This document shows, one piece after another, positions 51,055 to 64,000 of a stretch of 64,000 nucleotides of DNA. Position numbers and translations under genes: made by a program. The stretch is from NCBI RefSeq assembly GCF_963921235.1, contig NC_086108.1, positions 7,006,001-7,070,000 on the forward strand, given 5' to 3'. Origin of the DNA: Mobula hypostoma (lineage: Eukaryota). Each line of letters opens with the position of its first letter. Position 1 is the stretch's first letter. The notes below the pieces were generated by a model. That model was not told where the DNA came from. It did no database searches and worked only from the letters and a program-made list of their open reading frames with translations.

Positions 51055-52108
51055 TAATGATTTTGGTCCATGGCATAAACTGGGTTAGGAACCCTTGGAC
51101 ATGGAGAGTTCAAAGTAAATTTTATTAACAAAGTCCATACACGTCTCCATATATAACTCTGAGATTCATTTTCCTGCGGGCATACTGAGCAAATCTATAG
51201 AATAGTAACTACAACAGGATCAATGAAAGATCAACCAGCGTGCATAAGACAAACTGTGCAAATTCAAATGTAAATAAATAGCAAGACAAAGAACAAGAAC
51301 ATGAGATAAGATAGAGTCGTTGAAACTGAGATCATTGTCTGTGTGAACATTTCAATGATGATGCAAGTGGAGTGAGTGTAGTTATCCAGAGTAATGTTTC
51401 TCCATAGAGGCTGAGTCTAGGACCAAAGGGCACAGCCTCAGAACAGAAGGAAACCCTTTTAGAACAGAGCTTACAGGAATTTATATATCCAGAGGGTAGT
51501 GAACCTGCGGTATTCATTGCCACAGACTGCAGTGGAGGGCATTGGGTATATTTAAAACGAAGGTTGGTGGGCCATCAAAAATTACAGTTTGTAAATCTGC
51601 AGGAGTGATTTGGGGCAGGTGGCAGAGAAGGAGTGCCAGGGTCTTGAGGGGGTTGCAGTGGTGTGGGTGCAGACACACCCAGCCTTGGGACACCAGGTGA
51701 GGTAATTTGATTCCAGATGATTGGTTTATTGATTATTACAGAATGTCTCTCTGATGCTTCCTTCTTCGTTCCCCGTTTTCTCAACCATGATTCCCCTCTC
51801 CAGCCCATTTCCCACTCTCAGTCCACGACGGAGATCCATATCAGAATTGGGCTTATCATCACACACATGTCATGAAATTTGTTTTTTTTGTGTGTGGCAG
51901 CAGTACTGTGCCTGAGAGTTTGGCACAGAATTGTAGGAAGATAGAGCTGGAGAATGTCAAAAAAAGTCTGATCAATCAATGCACAGAAGGGATGAGGACA
52001 AACAAACTGTACGCAATGATCAGAAAATAGATCAATTGGTTAGACTTTTTTCCAGGGTGAAAATGGCTAATACAAGGAGGCATAATTTTAAAGTGATTGA
52101 AAGAAAGT

Positions 52109-53070
52109 ATAGTCATAGTCATACTTTATTGATCCCGGGGGAAATTGGTTTTTGTTACAGTTGCACCATAAATAATAAACAGTAATAAAATCATAAATAC
52201 TTAAATAGCAATATGTAAATTATGCCAGGAAATAAGTCGAGGACCAGCCTATTGGCTCAGGGTGTCTGACCCTCCAAGGGAGGAGTTGTAAAGTTTGATG
52301 GCCACAGGCAGGAATGACTTCCTATGACACTCAGTGTTGCATCTCGGTGGAATGAGTCTCTGGGTGAATGTACTCCTGTGCCCACCCAGTACATTATGTA
52401 GTGGATAGGAGACATTGTCCAAGATGGCATGCAACTTGGACAGTATCCTCTTTTCAGACACCACCGTCAGAGAGTCCAGTTCCATCCCCACAACATCACT
52501 GGCCTTACGAATGAGTTTGTTGATTCTGTTGGTGTCTGCTACCCTCAGCCTGCTGCCCCAGCACACAACAGCAAACATGATAGCACTGGCCACCACAGAC
52601 TCGTAGAACATCCTCAGCATCGTCCGGCAGATGTTAAAGGACCTCAGTCTCCTCAGGAAATAGAGACAGCTCTGACCTTTCTTGTAGACAGCCTCAGTGT
52701 TCTTTGACCAGTCCAGTTTATTGTCAATTCGTATCCCCAGGTATTTGTAATCCTCCACCATGTCCACACTGACCCCCTGGATGGAAACAGGGGTCACTGG
52801 TACTTTAGCTCTCCTCAGGTCTACCACCAGCTCCTTAGTCTTTTTCACATTAAGCTGCAGATAATTCTGCTCACACCATGTGACAAAGTTTCCTACCGTA
52901 GCCCTGTACTCAGCTTCATCTCCCTTGCTGATGCATCCAACTATGGCAGAGTCATCAGAAAACTTCTGAAGATGACAAGACTCTGCAGTAGTTGAAGTCC
53001 GAGGTGTAAATGGTGAAGAGAAAGGGAGACAAGACAGTCCCCTGTGGAGCCCCAGTGCTGCTGATCACTC
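52109..53070 (-). mobile_element. Young Rex1/Babar-type LINE 3' fragment
   Basis: From GAPQG and FSDDSA through ORF 52249..52848 to an (ATAGTC)n tail on +. Confidence 0.9.
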
Positions 53071-55229
53071 TTTCGGGTGAGGTGGGATGTCAGAGGCAAG
53101 TTTTTTTTTACACTGAGTGGTGGGTGCGGGAAATGCCTTGCCAGGGGTAGCGATCGAGGCAGATGCTTTAGGGGCATTGGATAAGTGCATGGATGATAGA
53201 AAAATGGAGGGCTATATAGGAGGGATTGATCTTCGAGTAGGTTGTAAGGCTGGCACCACTACTTGGGTCAAAGAGCTGTGTTATAGTGGTGTTTGTAAGA
53301 TCCTGGAGGTACTCAGGTACTCAGTGGGTCAGGCAGCATCTGTGGAGGGAAAATGAGGTAGTTGACATTCCAAGGTTAAGAAAATGAAAATGGGCAAGTG
53401 AGTAGTCTGGAGCTAACCTGAAACTGATCAAGGCCCTCCACAGATGCTCCGTGACCTGCTGAGTTCCTCCCGTAGCTCCTCTGGATTTGGAATTGTTTTT
53501 TATTTATCTATTGAGATACAGCATGGAATAGAGCCACGCCACCCAGTAGTCCCCCGGTTTAATCCTTGCCTAATCACAGGACAATTTACAGTGACCAATT
53601 AACCTATTCACCTGAACATCTTTGGACTAAGGGAAGAAACTGGAGTACCCAGAGGAATTTTCCCACATGGTCGCTGTGAGAAAGTACAAATTCCTTAAAG
53701 GCAGGGGCAGGGATTATTATTGTCACAGGTTTTGATATACAGTGAAAAGCTGGTCTAGTTTCTTACAGAGGAAATCATTACACAGTGGATTGAGGTAGAA
53801 CATGGTAAAACAATAACAGAATGCAGAACAAAGTACAGAGAAAGTGTAGGCAGCCAATAATGTACAAGATCACAACAAGGCCAGTTTTGAGGTCAAGAGC
53901 CAATCTTATCATTCCAGGGAGTCATTCAATATTATAGTGAGGTAGAAACTATCCTTTAGCTTGGTGGTATGCTTTATTCAGGCTTTTTAAAAATTTATCT
54001 TCTACTTAATGGGAGAGGGGAGAAAATCTGGTGTGGATGGGGGTCTTTGATTATGCAGGCTGCTTTCCTGAGGCAGAGGGAAGTGTAGATGGAATTGATG
54101 GAGCAGAGGCTGATGTGGTACACTGTACAGAACTCTCTGTGGTTGTGTACAGAGCAGTTACCAGAACGAGCATCCCATCAGGATGCTTTGTATAAAAAAT
54201 GACTGGTAAGGATCTATGGGTACATGCAAAATTTCTTTAGCCTCCTGAGGAAATAGACACATTGGAGAGCTTTCTTGGCACCGTCTACCAGCCTCTCGCT
54301 GCTGCCAGAGGAAGGTAATGGTCTCGGTCTCTCTCTCTCCCTCTCGCTTACTGCTCCCGAGGGAAAGTCCTTGCACTCCAATGATTTCTCCCTCTCCCTT
54401 GATGTTGGCACAAGGTTTAATGGACACAGTTTGTGGAATGTGGACTCATTCATATTTATGATGTGTTTCTGGTTTTTCTGCTTGGTCGTATTTTAGTTGC
54501 TAGTTTTGGTGATTTTGAATCAGAGCAGCCTGCAGATAATGAACGCTGAGCTGAGCTGAATATGCCTTTTGATTTATGTGTTTTATATTCTGTCTTTTAC
54601 CTTGTTTCTTTTTTTTTTGCTGCTTGCACCTTTTTTGCGTGTTTTTTTTCTTTGAACAGGTTCTGTGGTTCTTTGTTTTGTGACTGTGAGGAAGACGAAT
54701 CGCAGGGTTGTAAACAGCATACATACATTGATAATAAATGTACTTTGAATGCTTTGAATCTTTGATCATGGTGGATCAGAACAGGCTATTTGTAGTTGTC
54801 ACTCCTTGGAACTTGAAGAAGCTCCCAACCCTCTCAACTTCAGTACTGTTGAGAAAGACAGGAGTGTGTACACTGCCCGTTTTTCTGATGTCACTGACCA
54901 GCTCTTTTGTTTTTGTTAATCCAGAATCCAACAGTTGCAGTATACTGTCCTCACTCAAAAGAGATGTGTGTACTGCTAGCCTTGAATAGAGATTAATGAT
55001 TGTCTTCTCCATTTACTTTGGAGACCTCCACCCTAGCACTGTTCATCCAGAAATTGTTCATTTCACATTCTTCTCCTTTCTAAAAATAAACATAAGAAAA
55101 TATTGTGCAATTGTGAAGCTCTTGGCATTGAATTTGCTTGTTTTTCCAAGGATTACATTGAGGAATATTGTGTTGAGAAATGTCTCAATAGATGCAATAG
55201 AGCTCTATTGTTCCTTAAGGTTCTTGTAG

Positions 55230-55800
55230 CCAGGGGAGGTAATAGGGATAGCCCCCTCCTACCTATCAAATGCTCCCAATGGTGTGCATCTCAAACAGCC
55301 TCTGACAAGCTAGTCCAGCTGCTGGCCTTTGCATGTGGCATAGCTACTAAGACCTGTGGAACCGTTTCTACCTTTAGGAGAAGGGGCAGAGGCACATTAC
55401 TGGTGCCTTAAAACCAGTTGTATCAGGCAAATGGGGCTCGTCAGCTGTGGTCGGCAGCTCATCTAGGAGAAGGAAAACCCTAATCTCAAACCTCCACTGC
55501 CTTGCAGCTATACTCACACATTGGGAAGGCTTCAGGAGTAAACCCTGAGGAAAATTCCACAGTTGGAGACCATAAAGCAGTCCAATGTTGAGTTCAATGC
55601 TGACTGGCAACTCCTGCAACTCCGCTGGTGCCAAATTGTATCAGTCTATTTCTGCCATTTCTTTGGATTTATCAGCTGCATTGCAGAAGAGGAGTCTGCT
55701 ACACGGGCCACAGCTTGCTATCCATAACATACCACCCTGGCTTGTGTATCAATGTCGATTACATAGAGCTGGGATGCAACATCCATGGTTGACCTCAAAC
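55230..55800 (+). mobile_element. RTE-related non-autonomous element (5' UTR-like)
   Basis: CTAGGAGAAGGAAAAC..TAATCTCAAACC motif as seen in RTE 5' regions; single copy here. Confidence 0.45.
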
Positions 55801-56300
55801 AATTTAGGGCCTCTCTCCTCTCCAATATGGAGCATGAGACTGGAAGTAAAGTGCCACCGTTAATAATGAGCAAGATATTTTAAACTGGATGAGCACCTAG
55901 AACAGAGATGCAAGACTACAGATGTTAGAATTTGGAGCCATATTGTACAGTTCAAGATTTCGTATCAGTGTCAGTAACGTCAGCTAACACGCAACACCCA
56001 TGGTTGTCCCTGACTGACATAGGGCCTCAAAACCCTATTTTCTTTGTGATTGAAGCAATACGTTAATGCTGAGAAATTATTTTATTTCTATAAATACTCT
56101 TCCTCGCGTAACTTCCATGGGTCTTTTAACTTCCTGCACTCTGCAAAGAAAAATATCCTTGTCTTTTGAATATGCCTCTCAAAATACACGAAGAACTTGG
56201 TGTGGAAATATATGTGTAACCCTGAAGTCTTTATGAATTTATAACTTTTGTAAAATATAATGTGACAAAATGGAACCTGTGTGATCCCAGAGCGCTTTAT

Positions 56301-56592
56301 CAAAAGTCAGTTTGTCCCGAGCCTTTGTGGCCCATCAGGCCGGTGCTTATACCGGTTTCTGTGGCGTGAAGCGACTGAACGTATGAGACTCACCCCTCCC
56401 CCTGATAGGACGCCAGTCTATCGCGAGGTTAACCCCCAGCATTTGCCAGTACCCATTTTCAGCTGGGTGGACTGGAGTGGTGTGTGGTTAAGTGCCTTGC
56501 TCAAAGACACAACGTGCTGCCTTGGCCGAGACTCGAACCCACGACTTTCAGATCGTGAGCCCAATGCCCTAATCACTTGGCCACACGCCACA
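56301..56592 (-). mobile_element. Young full-length tRNA-derived SINE with 13-bp TSD
   Basis: A box TGGCCAAGTGA, B box GGTTCGAGTC, central GTGTCTTTGAGCAAGGCACTTAAC; TSD CAGAGYGCTTTAT at 56288-56300 and 56593-56605. Confidence 0.85.
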
Positions 56593-59329
56593 CAGAGTGC
56601 TTTATGGTTTGTTGATTTGTTTGGATGAAAGGCTTGTAAGCAGGTGTGTATTTTGTCACAGTGTGTTTTATGGCAGGCAGAGTTTTCACAACATCAATTA
56701 AAGATGTGATTCATTTAAGACAGATACAAATAAGGAAGGAGTGCAATTAAGAATGAATTACTGGATTCAAGTGTATAAAAATTACCTGTTTTGATCTGTA
56801 AGATCTTTATTGATTACTTTATTGATCCCGAGGGAAATTGGTTTTCGTTACAGTTGCACCATAAATAATTAAATAGTAATAAAAGCATAAATAGTTAAAT
56901 AGTAATATGTAAATTATGCCAGGAATTAAGTCCAGGACCAGCCTATTGGCTCAGGGTGTCTGACCCTCCAAGGGAGGAGTTGTAAAGTTTGATGGCTACA
57001 GGCAGGAATGACTTCCTATGACGCTCAGTGTTGCATCTCGGTGGAATGAGTCTCTGGCTGAATGTACTCCTGTGCCCAACCAAGCTACCAATGTCTTGAT
57101 GTATGGAGTTGGTTTCCTTTGCAAATAATAAACGCGCTTCTTATTTGATTCAAAGATTCAAGATTCAAAAAACTTTATTGTCATTCTAACCGTACATCAG
57201 CTCTGCAGGGCAGAATGAGACAGCGTTTCCCAGGAGCAGTGCAATCATAACATAACAAACGCAACACTAAATAATAAACATAACAATAAATAGTAAAACA
57301 CAACAGCCACATGTCAGTTAAAGGCAAGTTATAAGTGTCCAGTGCAAGTTAAAAGTGTCCAAAAGCAGAGTCAGGTAGAGCAGCTATTTAGCAGTCTGAC
57401 TGCCTGTGGGAGGAAGCTGTTTAGTAGCCTTGTGGTTTTAGTTTTGATGCTTCTGTAACGTTTGCCTGATGGCCGAAGAACAAACATCCATTCCGAGTTT
57501 GCTGTAGTCTGTTACTGTATATTAGAAGACCTAGCTGAATGGTACATGACATTTGCAACCAATAAAATACTTCTGGAGAATAACATTTATAGCATAAAGA
57601 TGCATCATACAATTATCTCACAGCTCACTGCCATAGGCAGCAATGTAGTAATGACTTGATAGTGATTTATGGCTATTCATTAAAGGGCAAATATTGGTTA
57701 GGGACACGGGGTGGCTCCCCTGCTTTACAAATAATGTCTATAGGATCTTTATGAGTATTTCCTTATGAAGAAGCAGATGGAGGTTTTGGTTAACATTTAT
57801 AGGAAGGATGTGGAAGCTCTAGATGGTGCAGAGGGAGATTTACCATGATCCTGTTTGGATTAGAGAGCATGTTTTATGAGGATAAGTTAAGAGAGCTAGG
57901 GCTTTTCTCTTTGGATTGAAGGAGGTGTGAGGTGATGGAGGTGTTCAGAATAATAAGAGGCATAGATTGAGTGGATAGCTTAAATACTTTTTCCCAGTCT
58001 AATATGAGGGTCACAATTTTAAATTGGTGACTGGGTGGAAATGGGCCATATCTACAGACTTAATCAATCATAGTAATATAGAGTCATAATGCAGGAATTA
58101 TTTAATTCTATAGGTGCTATTGGGTGGCAGGGTGGAGGTGAAGGCACTCTTTAGGCAAGGTGTAGCACCTGTTTAGCACCCCTCCCCCCCCGACCGATTC
58201 ATAAAGACACTGCCCAGAAAGTAGCAATAGCAAAACACTTCATAGAAAAATTTGCCAAGACCAGTCATGATCATGGAAAGACCTGATCACCCACATCGTA
58301 CAACACGGCACATGATGGTGATTTTAATGTGATCAGAGGAGAGTATGGAGAAATGTCAGAAGCAGGTTTTTTTTATACAGAGTGTGGTGGATGTGTGGAA
58401 TGCCCTGCTGGGGTGTTGGTAGAGGCAGATACATTAGGGCATTTAAGAGATTTTTAGATAGGCACATGGATGATAGAAAAATGGAGAGCTATGCAGTTCA
58501 AAGCAAATTTTATTATCGAAGTACATATATACAACCCTGAGATTAATTTTCCTGCAGGCATACTCAATAAATCTATAGAATAATAATCAGAATTAATGAA
58601 AGACTGCCATTCAACCAACATGCAGAAGACAACAAACTATGCAAATACAAAAAGGAGAAATATTAAATATAGTGAGTCCATTGGTTGTGGGAACATTTCA
58701 CTGGTGGGGCAAGTGAAGTTATCCCCACTGGTTCGTGAGCGTGATGGTTGAGGGGTAGTAACTGTTCCTGAACCTGGTAGTTTCAGTCATGAGACTCTTG
58801 TGTCTTCATCCTGATCTTAGAGTAGGTGAAAAGATTGGCACAACTTTGTGGGCTGAAGGACCTGTGCTGCACCGTTACATTCTACGTGACAAAAGTTGAT
58901 TTCATCAACAGTGCAGAACAAAGGAATTTCAGCTTTCTGTCAGTGTTTCTTGAATGGGGCTGAACTGAGTCCTTCTGACTCACTCAGTTCAACAATCCAT
59001 GGATCCACAGCTGACTCTGATTCACTCCTGAGAATTATAAATGTTTGAGCTTCCTTCTGCCTCCAGTCTGTTTCTCTTCCTGCAAGCTGTAGAGCCATTA
59101 GACCACAGGGCTTTGTTCACACCTAACCACGATTTCCTGACTCTCTCTAGTACAGTCTATAGTTGTGTTGGGTAACTTTCCTGAAGAACAGCTTGGCATA
59201 AAAAGCATTTTGCCATAAGAGTGACCCAGTGGATGGAGAAGGAATTAGCAATTGATCCTTTCATTTAAATAAGTCCCACACCATACTTGTGAAAGTTTAG
59301 CTGCAAAATTAAACAGCTTGTTTTTTTTT

Positions 59330-59735
59330 ACTGCCCATTATGCCACTGGCATTTAGGACAGCAGTGAAGGTCCTCCATCTCTGGTGGTGTTCAGGGCTTC
59401 AGGACTTCCTTCATCTTGCCAGTAGCTTCCTCTTGGTTTTCACTACTGTAAGTCATACAAGTTCCAGGCAGAGCCTCAGGAATACCATCACACTCAGATA
59501 TAGAAGGATTCTTCATTTCTGTTTCCATAACAGTTTTGTTTTACCAGTCAGTGTTGTTAACCCTGAGCTGAACCTGGAGGATCAACGAACCACTCTTAAT
59601 CAGACCTCTCCCTTTTGACCATTTTGGCATGGGTGATCCTACCAAGGGCCAAAGCACAAAGCCCTGACTCCAGCCAACATAGCTCTGTAGGCCTTGAGGC
59701 ACACAAGCCTCCAAACCATGACAAGGTTGTGGGGC
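59330..59735 (-). mobile_element. RTE-derived non-autonomous element
   Basis: Homolog of 12700-13095. Confidence 0.6.
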
Positions 59736-61399
59736 AATATAGATCCCTCAGATCTCGTTACCTAAACAGTCATTTGATTTGGGGGGAATTGTTGACTGCG
59801 TTTGTCTGTTTGTTTGTGAACTAATGTGTGGAGCAGTCCCCGACCAGCCCAACAAGCTCCACTGCCCAGCAACCTACCTATTTAACGCTAGCCTATCACT
59901 CCCCACCGGACACTCAGATCTGATCTGTGGCCCCAAGTTGCACGCCCCAGTACAATGCTTCGACAGGTAGGCTAAACCAGGTGAAGGTAGCCGGCAGCCT
60001 CATATTCCAGTGAGATAGGGACATGCACGTGTGCATGTCCTAGCATGTGAAGCCAGCTCTGGCGGACTGGGTGGATGAGACCCAGTGTGATCCAACGGCC
60101 AGGAAGGTGGTACCGCAATGCTCCGTGGAGAGCGAAGGGCATAGCAAGGCACAGAAGTTGTCACAGTCCTCCACTGCAATCAGGGAAGACTCCAGCTTGT
60201 GATGCCTGTTCGTACCACTGGACCTGGACTTCTGAGGTCAAGAGAGTGGAATGCTCTGCTGAAATGGCTTTTCCATTTTAAAAACTCTCCTGCACAGATT
60301 TCTCTTCGTCGTCGGACACGGTGGAGAACCACCTTAACAATCACATGACAATTTTCAGTGACCAGTTAACTTACTAGCCAGTACTTCTTTGGATCTGGGA
60401 GGAAACTGGAGCACCTGCAGGAAACCCATGGGGAGAACTTGTAAACTTAAAGACGGCACTGGATTTGAACTCTGAACTCCAAGCTGTAATAGTGTCTATG
60501 GCACTGTGGTGCTCTTCTCAAAGTTCAAAGTACATTTCTTATCAAAGTATGTACCGTTACACAACCTCGAGGTTGGTCTCCTCACAGGCAGCCACAAAAC
60601 AAAGAAACCCAAAACAACATTTTTTTTAAAAACTGTCAAACAGCCCAATGTGCAGAGAAAAGAAAAAAAAACAAATCATGCAAACAACCACAAGGAAACA
60701 GCATTCTGAACTGAAGTCTACAAAGAGAGTCCGAGGCCCATTGCGCAGCGCAAAGCTGAGTAAATATTGCGGAGCAGGGAGCTGATCCGGCCTATCCCTT
60801 GCCTTAGGCCATGACACCCTGACCTTTTCAATCTGGCCTTGCACCAAAATTGTTGTCCAAACATTGGGTTCAGTGGCTTCGATACGTCCTGGGGCCTGGA
60901 CCCCACTGCCTCGATTTGGCCTGTACCAGAAACTTTCCAGTTCAGCCCAGCACTTAAATCATTGTCTAAGTGTCCAAACATGAAGTGGATTTAAGACAGT
61001 TTTGTGATTCTAGTGATTTTTCTGGATGCCTTGAGTCTGAGATTTACTGGTGGTATTTGTCTTTGTACAACAAAGAAAGAAAGGCTTGCATTTTTGTTGT
61101 GTTAGTGGTGATTTTGAAGCCGGTATAGAGACTGTTGTAATAGTGGGTGCAGTGATGCTGGTTTTATAACTTGTTTTAAAATGTGCTGTCTCAGTAGATA
61201 AGTGAAAGGCCATTTCTCTTCAAAGCATGATCCCAGAAATAAAGTAAACTTCAGTGTTACCGATGACCAGTGTGTTGGAAAAAGTAGTTCCTCATTTAGA
61301 CAGAGCTTTTGAAAACTTTTGCCAAGACATGCAACAGTGCCAACCTTAGTTTAGTGTCCTCTCTACGTGATAGGACTTCCAACATTGCCCTATTTCTGT

Positions 61400-61700
61400 G
61401 CTGCACTTACCAGACTCCCTCTTCTCCAGCCCTTTATCCCTTTCATCAATCAACTTCCCATCTCTTTACTTCACCCTCTCCCCCCTCCCGGTTTAACCTA
61501 TCACCTACCGCCTTGAACTTTTTCCTCTCCTCCCCCCACCGCCTTATTCTGACATGTCCTTTTTTTCCAGTCCTAATGAAGGGACTCGGCCCGAAACATT
61601 GACTTTTTACTCTTTTCCATGGATGCTACCCAAGTTCCTCCAGCATTTTGTGTTTGTTGTTTTGGATTTCCAGCATCTGGAGACTTTCTCATGTTGTGCT
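61400..61700 (+). mobile_element. Penelope terminal repeat
   Basis: Pyrimidine-rich tract, degenerate hammerhead at 61569-61604, GGATTTCCAGCATCTG end. Confidence 0.75.
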
Positions 61701-61739
61701 CTTAAATGTTGCCTTGTTTGTGTTGGGATCCCAGAAGTG

Positions 61740-62457
61740 TCAGACCAAAGAACTGATTGTGGACTTCAGAAAGGGTAAGACGAATGAACACACATCAATC
61801 CTCATCAAAGGATCAGAAGTGGAAAGAGTGAGCAATTTCAATTTCCTGGGTGTCAGCATCCCTGAGGATCTATCCTGGGCCCAATGCATCGGTGCAGCTA
61901 CAAAGCTGTATTTCATAAGGAGTTTGAGGAAATTTGGTATGTCACCAAGGACACACTCAAATTTCTGCAGGTGTACCATGGAGAGCATTCTAACTGGCTG
62001 CATCACTGTCTAGTATGGGGGGTGGGGAGGAAGCACTGTACATGAATGAAATAAGCTGCAGAACGTTGTGAACTCAGTCAGCCCCATCATGGGCTTTAGC
62101 CTTCGGAGTATTCAGGACATCTTCAAGGAGCAATGCCTCAAAAAGGCTCTATCCATCACCAAGGACCCCCATCACCCAGGCCACGCCCTCTTCTCATTGT
62201 TACCATCAGGGAGGAGGTACAGGAGCCTGAAGGCACACACTCAATGATTCAGGAACAGCTTCTTCCCCTCTGCCATCAGGTTTCTGAATGGACATTAAAC
62301 CTATGAATGCTATCTCACTTTTTTTGGCACTGCTTATTATTTTAACTACTTAATATATATTTACTGTAATTCAGTTTTCAATTATGTATTGCAAAGTACT
62401 GCTGCCACATAACAAAAAATTTCACGACATATGCCAGTGATATTAAACCTGATTCTG
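61740..62457 (+). mobile_element. Rex1/Babar-type LINE 3' fragment
   Basis: TKELIVDFRK...FNFLGV...RCTMESILTGCITV; AAACCTGATTCTGA tail. Confidence 0.85.
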
Positions 62458-62599
62458 AGGTGTCATCTGGTAACTTCAGTCCTCAGGCCATTGGGAATTT
62501 CCTCGACAAGGACGTTGCTGGTACTTGACCTGAGTTACTAGGAAAGATTGAACACATTAGTACTCTATTCCCTAGAGCTTAAAAGAATGAGTAGAGATT

Positions 62600-62980
62600 T
62601 GACATCATTGTCGTTACATGCCGTGTTGTTTGACGTAGACAGCCATGGTCCCATGACCATGATTGTTCTTAGCAAATGTTTCTACATAACTGGTTTACCA
62701 TTGCCACCTTCTGGGCATTGTCTTCACAAGATGGGTGACTCAGCCATTATCAATACTCTTCAGAGATTGTCTGCCTGGTGTTCGTGGCCACATAATCAGG
62801 ACTTGTGATATGCACCAGCCGCTCAGACAACCATCTATCACCTGCTCCCATGGCTTCACCTGGGGGGGGGGTGCTTAAGCATGCTACACCTTGCCCAAGG
62901 GTGACCTGCAGGCTGGCAGAAGGAAGGAGCTCCTATGCCTGACACCTCCTTTGATAGCGATGTATTTTCACCCTGCCACT
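62600..62980 (-). mobile_element. RTE-related SINE-like element inserted in a + strand CR1 fragment (about 62550-63350)
   Basis: Homolog of 14545-14946; AGATTTGA occurs on both flanks. Confidence 0.65.
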
Positions 62981-64000
62981 TGCAGATTTGATATAGGTAT
63001 ACAAAATTATGAGGGATACCGATAGACTAAGTGCAAGCGGGCTTTTTCCACTGAGATTGGGTGAGACTGTAACTAGAGGTAATGGGTTATGAGGGGAAAC
63101 ATGAAATATTTATGGGGAACATGAGCGAAGAACCTGTTCTTTCAGAGGGGTGGTGTGAGTGTGGAATGAGCTGCCAGTGGAAATGGTGGATACAAGTTCA
63201 GTTTCAACTTTAGGAAATTTGGATAGGTACTTGGATGGGAGGGGTATGGAGAGCTATGGTCCAGGTGCAGGTCGATGGGACGAGGGAGAATAGTTTGGCA
63301 TGGACTAGATTGACCAAAAAGCTGGTTTCTGTGCTGTAGTGCTCTATGACTCAATAACTAACACAGTGTGAGGATTGTGCTCGGGGCATCCCACAAATGG
63401 TACCTACATTAGCAAGCTCATAACTTAATGATATTGTAGCCCACAACACTGTTGTAGCCTGATCTATTTTAATCTCTTACAGTATGAAATTCAGCTTTGT
63501 TCATAAACAAATTAAAAAAAAATACTGTCAGTTACAAAAACAATTAGTGCAGAAGACAAATAGTGAAGTGGCATTGGTGTACTGTTCAGAAATTCGATTT
63601 CACCCCCCCCCCCCCACATCCCTGGCTCTCATGGTCTCATTATTTATTGCTATTTATTTATTTTTGCATTTGCACAATTTGCTGTCTTCTGCACTCTGGT
63701 TGATCTTTCATTGATCCTGTTAGAGTTACTGTTCTATAGATTTGCTGAGTATGCCTGCAAAAGGATAAGGATGAATCTCAGTTGTACAATACGTGGCGAC
63801 ATATATGTACTGATAATAAAATTTACTTTGAACTTTAGAAATTTGCAAGAATATTTGACATACTAATTCTCCTCAACCTCCTAAATAAGTAGAGCCACTG
63901 GCAAGTCCTCTTACTGATGACATCAATGGGTTGGGCCCAGGATAGATCCTCTGAGAAGTTGGTGCCCAGGAATGCCCCTGATGCAAAGATCACTCTTACT

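Noticed and set aside
56500..56592. tRNA gene
   Set aside because: A and B boxes are present but continue into a SINE body bounded by a TSD; no convincing cloverleaf or terminator.

Overview
Eukaryotic, repeat-dense vertebrate genomic DNA. I infer a cartilaginous fish, probably a ray, from HE1-like V-SINEs and the CR1/Rex1 repeat mix. No intact host protein-coding gene is recognisable. Nearly every meaningful ORF is a fragment of a CR1, Rex1/Babar-type or RTE LINE, or of a Penelope-like (GIY-YIG) retroelement; Tc1, hAT and Chapaev-type DNA transposon remnants, SINEs and one solo LTR are also present, often nested. The most notable system is a family of Penelope-like (Neptune-type) elements whose terminal repeat carries a minimal type I hammerhead ribozyme motif. 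There are about a dozen motif copies, one young element with a perfect 116-bp inverted end and a 14-bp TSD, and several small fold-back derivatives. Other unexplained structures are a gap-free 98-bp inverted repeat pair (8.5/9.5 kb), a G-U-biased 154-nt hairpin (33.3 kb), a 95-bp LINE-derived minisatellite (10.7-11.4 kb) and a repeat-free CpG-rich promoter-like region (47-48.3 kb). Family names come from motif recognition, not database searches. Boundaries of old fragments are approximate.
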